Source: Candidatus Babelota bacterium
Lineage (GTDB): Bacteria; Babelota; Babeliae; Babelales; RVW-14
Direction: 5' to 3'
NCBI GenBank assembly: GCA_018266175.1
Contig: JAFEAY010000010.1
Coordinates: 53,942-117,941 of the forward strand
Length of the DNA stretch: 64,000 bases
The notes under the pieces are model-generated. The model was not told the origin of the DNA. It saw only the letters and a program-made list of their open reading frames with translations, and searched no databases. Both the position numbers and the translations under genes were made by a program. Of the stretch, positions 1-7,685 are shown piece after piece (the first letter of the stretch is position 1; each line of letters opens with the position of its first letter).

Positions 1-89
1 AACGTGTATCAATTCAGGGAAACATTACATCTGAACAACGAAAAATTTTATTCCAAGAGCTCAATGCAAAACTTTTTGGAAACATATCG

Positions 90-3000
90 ATGCAAGACCA
101 ATTAGAAAATTTCCAACTACCCGTTAATAAATTGGCACGGCAATTAAAAGACTGGATCTATCTGGTCAAAACAGGAACACCGCAAGAAGCGCAAGAAGCT
201 CTTGCAAAGCTCTGGCTTGTATTTAACTTTATGCCGCCTCAAGCGGATTATGCTGAACGCATTCATCAGCTGCAAACATATGCTGCTCTGATTATTTCAA
301 ACCTGCTTGAAAACTTAACTATTAACTCAGGAGACGAAAATTATCTCGGAAAACGACTCTTCCCAATCCATTTTCTTGAAACAATCCTCTTTCAGCACCA
401 TAAAGACTCCGAAGGGCTTTATGGCGATTCTGTTATAAAACTGTGGACACAAATGAAAGAAGAGAAAAAGGGTAACGAAGCAGTAACAACAACAGATACA
501 TACGGGAAGCTAGCAGGGATTCTGACTTCTCGTGGATTAACTCAAGATCTCAAGGATACATGGAAAGTTTTTATAGATTCACTTGATAACACCGGTAAAT
601 CGATGCAAGAAATCATGAAAGTAAGCAAACTCCAGCGCCAGATTGCTTGGCTTGAAAAGAGTATGCAAGCTCTTAAACCTGGGAGTAAAAATGATGAACT
701 TCGACAGGAACTTCAAAAAGACTTAGATAAGGTAAAAGCAGAACTTGGAGCTCAAACTATTTCAGATGATGACAACAATAAAGCCAAGTTTTATCAAATG
801 CTCATAACGTTAGGCAAGCTTGATATGCTCGATTTATGGCTGCATACCTCATTTCCTAACGCTTTAAACGATTTAGCTCAATTAATTAAAGAATTTGATG
901 ATTCACAAGCATTTTTAATAGAACTTTTGAAATACAAACAGCTCATTGAAGATGTTAACGTAGCCGGCTTTGAAGATCCCACAACTTTTCTGAAAAATTG
1001 GAACGCCTTTCAAGCTGACCCAGGAAATATTTTAGATTATTTTATTCAAGACAACCTCTTTATGGAAAAGTTTAAGAATGCTCAAGGCCTTGGAAAGCTT
1101 GCAGCACTAGGTGTGATGGAAGAGCTGGTTACAAAATTTGATGCCGCGATCAAAGCGGTTACCGGCAGCACAAAATTTATAGTCACCGAACTTGCCGATG
1201 GTAAATCTTTTAATGCAGTTCGCGCAGATGAAGCATTGTTAAAAAAGCAAATCAGCACACAAAAAGATAAAATTTTTGCTTTTCATCTGATGCTTGAAAA
1301 ATATCTTAAACTGCTGCAAAAATGGTATCAACTTTCACTAGATAGCTCTATTCAGTGGATATTTGCAGGACAAAACCTCAATCAGAGTATAACATCACAA
1401 CTCGAAAAAGCAGACAAGCTGTTAAAAGAAACGCTCATAAAAAAAACGAATGACGCTGAACAGCTACAAGCAAAAGTTCATGCTGAAGGTTCTGCTATTG
1501 GTTCTACACAAGCAGGGCAAGCCGCAGACAGACTTGCCGCAAATACACATGAAGAACTTTTTACCTTCACCCATCAAAGCCTTCTGATTGTAATCACAAA
1601 ATTTATGAACCAATATGGTTTTAAAGATGAACAGCTACCACAAACAGTTCAAACACTTGATAAACATATTGCTGGTAAGAAAAAGAACTGGGGAATAATT
1701 GAAGGTGGATTGCAATATGGAAGTTATAGACCAAGCCTTGTTGGAACTCTCTTTAAAAATAATATACTCACACGAAAGTATAATTTCCCACAAGGGCTCC
1801 ATAGTGCCGCAGTAAAACTTATCTATAACACTAAAACAGAGCAATGCTCACTCACCTTCAGTATGTTTGGGGCAGACCACTATGCTCGATGGGAAAGATG
1901 TACAGATTATGTAGAATATGAAGGATTAAATCAAAACATAGGCGAAAAACCTCGTACTACTTTTATGACAAAAGGATTTGATGCTACATGGTCTCTTGAT
2001 AGCAAAAATCCAGAATCAACAATAATCAAACTACAAGCTATCATTCAAACTTTGTGCGCTATTGCTGGTGCTAATGATCAAAGCAGCGCCAGTCATTACT
2101 TTGATGATAGTCAGATGAATAAAGTGATAGAGCTTTGCGCAACCAAATACCCACGTATTCACTGCTTCTTTAATTTAGCCCTTGACAACTTAACTCAAGA
2201 TAATATTAGTAATAATACAATTAATCATCTCATGAAAATTGCAAGTAAACTTCTTGAACCAGGTGGGGAATACGCTCTTAATTCAGAAATTTATTTGTAC
2301 CGCTTGCCCTTAGCTCCTGATATGTATGGTGAAAATAAAGAAGTATTTTATGGTATTACCCCGAATAATTTCTATGAACTTGCAGGAACAGGAACACGTG
2401 ATATTAAAAGATATAAACATGCTAATATTCGAGCAATTCTTATAAAGCTTATTGAGCTAAAAGACGCATTAAACGCTGATCAAAAACTAGCATTTCTCAA
2501 CCTGATTGAAGCTCATCAAGAATATATCGTTGATCAGTGGGATACTATAAATATTCCGGAAACGCGAACTTACAATTATCAAAAACATCAATATGATACG
2601 ACACCCGAAGTTAGTTTCAAAGCATTTATTGATGCACTTCCTGCCGACCTACAAGCTCGCAAAACTGAAATACTCAGGCAATTGGTTACACAGAGCGATT
2701 ACGGCAATAACTCAGCTGTTTATAATGCCTATTACAGAAACGCTCCCTATGGTGATCCAAAAGTTCAACCACTTTCAGGCGCAGACCTAAAGCAATTTTT
2801 TGTACAACGAGGCAGTAACATTTTACGCACCCCTGCATGCACAGCTCTGTACCAAAAAGTCGAGAACACCATGAATCCAAAAGAAAAAGAAACTTTTGCT
2901 CGCCTGGTTGGAGATAGTCTTAGCCACAAAGATTATTTGATACGCGAAAATGCAAACACTTTATTTGCAACATTACAGCAAGACAATAGCCTTCAAAATA

Positions 3001-3845
3001 CACTTGCTCCATATCTTGAAAAAATTAATACCGTTAAGCTCAAGCAACTCGATACGCTTATTGCAAAAATAGCAACTGATGAAACTGATGATTCTTTTGA
3101 GAGAGCACTCAAGTTAATCGAAACAATAACCGGTATACTTGGTTATCGTAGCCTGCTCTCGTCTATTTTAGATCGTAGTGAAAACAAAAATATAAAAACG
3201 AATTTTGCTCAGTTCAAAAATAATCTCTCAAGCCCAGAGTGGCGAAATAAGTTAGATGACGTCGTTAAAGCTTACTTTCGTAAGAAGCTTGAAGATGGGT
3301 ACTTTATACCTAAACCTGCTTATAGTCGTTATAGTTCAAATACAACAAACCCTCTTATTTTGTACATAATCGAAACCATTTACCAAAAATTCCCTGATGA
3401 TCAGAATCTTATCAACTTGGCTGATAAGCAGCTTCTTGATTCAATCAAACATGATGTTCTTGATACTATTATTAAAACCAAGCAAGACGAAAAAGATCTA
3501 TTTGTACAACTCTGTGTCACTGCGCTTAGGAGAAAGAAGGCTTTGGAATTGGAAGGCTTTGCTAAGAATACTATGGCATCATATTCTATTACGCCCATTG
3601 AAAAACTATTTGCAACACTCATCTTCCTTGATGCAGAAGTTAGATCAGCAGAGTTTTTAAGAAGTTTAATTAATGAGGCAAAAGGAGTACTTTCAAACCT
3701 TTATTCTAACTATAGAGATAATGATCTGGCAAAAAAAGTACTTCAAAAGATCATATCAATCTGGGATCGTCTGAGTTTTATACAGACACCACCTGGATAT
3801 ACAAAAAAAATGCTCGAAGATCTCATTAACCCCCATGCATACTGA
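90..3845 (+). CDS. Very large (>=1251 aa) alpha-helical hypothetical protein, effector-like. The reading frame is open from nt 3 to 90, so the gene probably starts upstream of the window.
   Basis: Long uninterrupted ORF. It shares a ~70-aa module (HYARWERCTDYVEYEG...GFDATW...) with the 7686..9872 protein. No stop codon in frame between window start and the first Met. Confidence 0.6.
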   Translation: MQDQLENFQLPVNKLARQLKDWIYLVKTGTPQEAQEALAKLWLVFNFMPPQADYAERIHQLQTYAALIISNLLENLTINSGDENYLGKRLFPIHFLETILFQHHKDSEGLYGDSVIKLWTQMKEEKKGNEAVTTTDTYGKLAGILTSRGLTQDLKDTWKVFIDSLDNTGKSMQEIMKVSKLQRQIAWLEKSMQALKPGSKNDELRQELQKDLDKVKAELGAQTISDDDNNKAKFYQMLITLGKLDMLDLWLHTSFPNALNDLAQLIKEFDDSQAFLIELLKYKQLIEDVNVAGFEDPTTFLKNWNAFQADPGNILDYFIQDNLFMEKFKNAQGLGKLAALGVMEELVTKFDAAIKAVTGSTKFIVTELADGKSFNAVRADEALLKKQISTQKDKIFAFHLMLEKYLKLLQKWYQLSLDSSIQWIFAGQNLNQSITSQLEKADKLLKETLIKKTNDAEQLQAKVHAEGSAIGSTQAGQAADRLAANTHEELFTFTHQSLLIVITKFMNQYGFKDEQLPQTVQTLDKHIAGKKKNWGIIEGGLQYGSYRPSLVGTLFKNNILTRKYNFPQGLHSAAVKLIYNTKTEQCSLTFSMFGADHYARWERCTDYVEYEGLNQNIGEKPRTTFMTKGFDATWSLDSKNPESTIIKLQAIIQTLCAIAGANDQSSASHYFDDSQMNKVIELCATKYPRIHCFFNLALDNLTQDNISNNTINHLMKIASKLLEPGGEYALNSEIYLYRLPLAPDMYGENKEVFYGITPNNFYELAGTGTRDIKRYKHANIRAILIKLIELKDALNADQKLAFLNLIEAHQEYIVDQWDTINIPETRTYNYQKHQYDTTPEVSFKAFIDALPADLQARKTEILRQLVTQSDYGNNSAVYNAYYRNAPYGDPKVQPLSGADLKQFFVQRGSNILRTPACTALYQKVENTMNPKEKETFARLVGDSLSHKDYLIRENANTLFATLQQDNSLQNTLAPYLEKINTVKLKQLDTLIAKIATDETDDSFERALKLIETITGILGYRSLLSSILDRSENKNIKTNFAQFKNNLSSPEWRNKLDDVVKAYFRKKLEDGYFIPKPAYSRYSSNTTNPLILYIIETIYQKFPDDQNLINLADKQLLDSIKHDVLDTIIKTKQDEKDLFVQLCVTALRRKKALELEGFAKNTMASYSITPIEKLFATLIFLDAEVRSAEFLRSLINEAKGVLSNLYSNYRDNDLAKKVLQKIISIWDRLSFIQTPPGYTKKMLEDLINPHAY

Positions 3846-3969
3846 TATGGCAGTGGCTATTGGTAGCTGGTTGAGCTCTGGTTCTTATGGAAGCAGTTTT
3901 GGTAGCGGTAGTAGTGGGTATAATTGGTGATTATTGATTTTAATTATTGTTGATACAAGAATGAATAAA

Positions 3970-3997
3970 GGCCCCCAGGAATTACAACCCGGGGGCC
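3970..3997. repeat. GC-rich 28-bp palindromic hairpin element (ggcccccagg-aattacaa-cccgggggcc) followed by ttgaaatta; copy 1
   Basis: 10-bp GC stem (one mismatch) with 8-nt loop in an AT-rich context. A near-identical copy lies at 5509..5536. Sits between convergent genes, so it may also act as a bidirectional terminator. Confidence 0.7.
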
Positions 3998-4041
3998 TTG
4001 AAATTAGAATTATTTACTCTGTTGATGAGAAAATCGCTTTC

Positions 4042-5364
4042 CTAAATCATCGATGCCGGCAGAAAAAGTATTTTATTCTTTTCATCAAATGAAAGAGGCC
4101 CCATGTAACAAAAAACACCCAGCGATGCCTGAGGTGTAGCGGCCATAAAGCTTTTCAGATTATTGAATTTTTTCGTTTCAATCTGAGAAGAATAAGTAAT
4201 TTCGAATGGAATAATTCGCCTTCCAAGCGCAACAACAAAATCAACCTCAGCTCCCCCAGCAGTTCGCCAAAAATGAATTTGATGATTTTCTGATTGAGTA
4301 TCAAGCCACGTTTGTAACTCGTTAAGAAACCAGGTTTCAAGTCGATGACCTATCAATGCGGTACTTTTCAAAACGGTAATCTCATGAATACCAGTCAAGT
4401 AACTGACCAATCCGTTGTTAATCAAATAGCCCTTTGGTGATTTCACTAACCGCTTGATAGAACTTCTGATGTAAGGAAATAATTCAGTGTATTGCAGTGT
4501 GGCAAGTAAGTAGTCTCGATATTTTGAAAGGGTAGCTCTTGAGCAATGCAAGGCATCCATAATTTTTTTATCATCTCGAACAGATCCAGTAATTTCGGCA
4601 CAAATTTTCATCAGATTTTGATACATATTTAAATCGCCGATTGAATCAATAGCGCGAATGTCTTTTTCTAAATAAGTCTGCAAATAATCACCTAAATATT
4701 TTAAGCGCAACGATTCCGTTGCTGCCGCTATGACTTCTGGAAGGCCACCCCATACCAGATGGTTGTGTAATGATTCCTGCAAAATATTTTGAAAAGGACT
4801 CATCTGTACCATAAAATCTTTCAACGCTTGCACATCTTTTTCAGAAAAAATAAGGTCAAAGACATGGTGCGGTGGTAATGAAATTCCCTCATGCAAAAAA
4901 TGTGTCGTTTCTCTGAGGTTAAACTCACGCAAATTTAAAAGCTCAACTCTACCCGCTAAAGATTCTGCAGTTAATTTATGTAAATTAAGATGCGCTGATC
5001 CAGTAAGAAGAAATTTTATAGAGTCTCTCCCTTTATGGGTATCGTATATAATCTTTATTTGATCAAATAAAGCAGGGCATTTTTGTGCTTCATCAATAAA
5101 AACCCAGAGCTTTTTTTGCCCTCCAATTTTTTGAAGTGCAGCCTGCTCAATCATCAACTCAAGCTCTTCGGCTATAACTCTGTTTCTTTGGCTGAGCACG
5201 TCCATGTTCAAGTGAACCCACTTCTTCTCAGGATTAAGGTTCATGTAATATTCAAGCAGTGTTGTTTTTCCAACACGACGGGGGCCCAAAAGGGCACTGA
5301 TGAACGGCCGCTCAAACGACTCAAAAAGGAAGGCTTCATTAGCTCTTACAATGTATTTCTTCAT
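4042..5364 (-). CDS. AAA+ ATPase of the DUF4143/COG1373 type
   Basis: Walker A LLGPRRVGKTTLLEYY near the N-terminus, and DEAQ Walker B. Overall similarity to the 52595..53755 paralog. Start moved to the internal Met (MKKYIVRANEAF). Confidence 0.75.
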   Translation of the reverse strand: MKKYIVRANEAFLFESFERPFISALLGPRRVGKTTLLEYYMNLNPEKKWVHLNMDVLSQRNRVIAEELELMIEQAALQKIGGQKKLWVFIDEAQKCPALFDQIKIIYDTHKGRDSIKFLLTGSAHLNLHKLTAESLAGRVELLNLREFNLRETTHFLHEGISLPPHHVFDLIFSEKDVQALKDFMVQMSPFQNILQESLHNHLVWGGLPEVIAAATESLRLKYLGDYLQTYLEKDIRAIDSIGDLNMYQNLMKICAEITGSVRDDKKIMDALHCSRATLSKYRDYLLATLQYTELFPYIRSSIKRLVKSPKGYLINNGLVSYLTGIHEITVLKSTALIGHRLETWFLNELQTWLDTQSENHQIHFWRTAGGAEVDFVVALGRRIIPFEITYSSQIETKKFNNLKSFMAATPQASLGVFCYMGPLSFDEKNKILFLPASMI

Positions 5365-5508
5365 TTTTAAACTCAAAATAACGCTTTTGCATGACAAAAT
5401 TAACACCTTAATGTTAAAATTGCGACGCAAAAGTGTCAAGGCATTGTGAAAAAATCCTTCGGCGGGAGAAATTGCCTGGATAGACTTTTTTGGTCTATCA
5501 ATGAAATT

Positions 5509-5536
5509 GGCCCCCGGGTTGTAATTCCCGGGGGCC
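5509..5536. repeat. GC-rich palindromic hairpin element (ggcccccggg-ttgtaatt-cccgggggcc) flanked by TGAAATT direct repeats; copy 2
   Basis: Perfect 10-bp stem. The loop is the reverse complement of copy 1. Flanks: aaTGAAATT|hairpin|tTGAAATTa. Confidence 0.7.
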
Positions 5537-5555
5537 TTGAAATTAAAAACGTTTA

Positions 5556-7637
5556 TTATTTTTGTTTATCGAGTTCTTCTTTTAGATGATCCATGAGCGT
5601 CTTTTTAAAACCCATTTTAAGGCTATTTTTATGCTGATCATAAAATTCTTGGGCTTCTTCTTTAGCATTGTTATCAGCACGTGCAATAACTCTAAAATAA
5701 TTTTTTAAAATATTAGTATTCGAAGGATTACTAGAATCTGCGGCATAAGTTTTATGAGAAGCAGGATCAATTATAGTAAGCCGGTTTTCTCCTACCGGCA
5801 AGATAATTTGATGATCTTTAATTAATAGAAGACATCTCATAAGCTCTGCTACAACTTTAAGCTCATTAGTTTGCTGTATTCTTATGAACATATTCTGCAA
5901 TGTAGGTCCACTTGCAAGAATATTTCTGACAATCTTATCAGTATAACCTAGAAGCTCATTGAGCGATTTGTTAGAACGTAATTCGTTCGCATTAATATAC
6001 TGTAAAAGCCATCCAAGGTAATCAATAAATTTAAATGCTCTTACTCTTGCATCAGAATGCTTAGAAGCAGCATCAATAATGTCTTGATTACTATCTATCG
6101 CTGCAATCAACTTTATAACTTCAAGTAAGCCATTCAACTCAATCGATTGTTTTTCAACTACTTTAACTTCATCCTTAATTTCACTAATAGATTCATTAAA
6201 TAATCGATCCTCTTCTTCCTCACGTCGACGTTCATCTTCCTTACGAAGATTTTCTTCTTCTTCTTCTTTACGTTGACGACGTTCTTCTTCTTCTCGCTGA
6301 AAACGCTCTTGTGCTTCTTTTCGATCTTTTTCTTCAAGAGCAGCTAATCTTTTTTTCTCTTCTTCTAGGCGAATACGCTCTTTTTCTTCTAGCTGAAAAC
6401 GCTGTTCTTCTCGTTCACGTTGTTCATTCTCACGTCGCTTACGATCTTCTTCGTCACGCTGACGACGCACTTCTTTTTCATGACGCTTCTTAATACGAAT
6501 TACTTCTTGTTCGAGCCCTATTATCTCATCCATTAAAAATCGTGCATATAATGTTGCAAGAACTTCTGCTCGAACTTGTTGCCCTGTTAAACTATAACCC
6601 CTACCTAGATTTGCTTCAGTGAAAAAAACTTGATAGCTTACCCCATCTATAATTAATTCTTTTGCAGATTGCTTATCAGAAGGAATTGGCACAGCAGCTT
6701 CTCCTGGAAACCGTATTTTTTTACTGTTGGTATAATCTCTGCAAGCAAGCAAAATATTAGTTAAAGCATTTTGAGATGTGATTAAAGGCATTCTAAATTG
6801 CGTATGGCTCAATCCATTGAGAAGGTAATAAAGTGCCCCATCAAGCGAAGGCTGATATTGATTTTTAACTCCATGTCCTTGTCCGATATACCAGAGAATA
6901 GCTGTTGCAGCCCACCATAAAAAGTTTGGCTCGTAAAATCCATTTTCAAGAAGCGAAAATGCAAGGCGTGAGCCAGGACTTCTCCATCCAATTTTTGGAA
7001 GAATAGCTTTTAAAATTTCAGCATCTTGTTTTTGCCCATTTTCTATACAAGACTTTAAAACATCTGTATAAGACCTTATCGTATCCACTCCCACATCACT
7101 TGTGTCGTCAGAAATCCAACTAACAGCATGATGATAAGAATGTTGGTCTGCCAAAGATCTTTGCACTTTAAGAATTTTTGCATGGCTATACTTCTCAAGC
7201 AGGCTATTCACAAGCTTCTCACAAGCACTTTTAATCACCTGAATTGCTTGTTCAATATTTTGAGCATCAATATTTCTTAATGCATCTCGGTTATGACCAT
7301 CAATAAGAGAACTTCTAAATACTTTAACCTCGTTGACTAGATCAGCATCTTGCTGGGAAATATCATGCTCAAGAGTATTAAGTATTTCATTTACTTTTTG
7401 ACTAAAATTTCGATAATCAATTTTGGGTTCAATTTTTATCTCTTCAATCTCAACAGCATCACCGCGTAGATGCTGTGAAATAGCCTCAAGCCCATTCTTC
7501 AAGGCTTCAAGCTTAGCCCTCAACTGAACAAGGTTTTGATGCAATCCTTGAATGCGGTCGCTCAACTCATCAGCCGCCAGTGAGCATACCAAGCTCATGG
7601 TTATTGCCATTAAAAATATTTTACCATACTGCTTCAT
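5556..7637 (-). CDS. Secreted protein with an N-terminal conserved leucine-heptad module and a central E/R/K-rich charged single alpha-helix region
   Basis: Signal peptide MKQYGKIFLMAITMSLVCSLAA. Motif LHQNLVQLRAKLEALKNGL is shared with the 7686..9872 protein. ~110 aa of RRQRDEEDRKRRENEQREREEQ... residues. AGAGGAG ribosome-binding site upstream. Confidence 0.6.
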   Translation of the reverse strand: MKQYGKIFLMAITMSLVCSLAADELSDRIQGLHQNLVQLRAKLEALKNGLEAISQHLRGDAVEIEEIKIEPKIDYRNFSQKVNEILNTLEHDISQQDADLVNEVKVFRSSLIDGHNRDALRNIDAQNIEQAIQVIKSACEKLVNSLLEKYSHAKILKVQRSLADQHSYHHAVSWISDDTSDVGVDTIRSYTDVLKSCIENGQKQDAEILKAILPKIGWRSPGSRLAFSLLENGFYEPNFLWWAATAILWYIGQGHGVKNQYQPSLDGALYYLLNGLSHTQFRMPLITSQNALTNILLACRDYTNSKKIRFPGEAAVPIPSDKQSAKELIIDGVSYQVFFTEANLGRGYSLTGQQVRAEVLATLYARFLMDEIIGLEQEVIRIKKRHEKEVRRQRDEEDRKRRENEQREREEQRFQLEEKERIRLEEEKKRLAALEEKDRKEAQERFQREEEERRQRKEEEEENLRKEDERRREEEEDRLFNESISEIKDEVKVVEKQSIELNGLLEVIKLIAAIDSNQDIIDAASKHSDARVRAFKFIDYLGWLLQYINANELRSNKSLNELLGYTDKIVRNILASGPTLQNMFIRIQQTNELKVVAELMRCLLLIKDHQIILPVGENRLTIIDPASHKTYAADSSNPSNTNILKNYFRVIARADNNAKEEAQEFYDQHKNSLKMGFKKTLMDHLKEELDKQK

Positions 7638-7685
7638 ACCAACTCCTCTATAAATCAGTTATTTTTATACGCCCCAATTACTCAC

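Noticed and set aside
6180-6500. Periodic cttcttc / ttcttc nucleotide repeats that look like a tandem repeat or CRISPR-like array
   Set aside because: They lie inside a long ORF and encode the E/R/K-rich helix. There are no spacer-repeat units of constant length.
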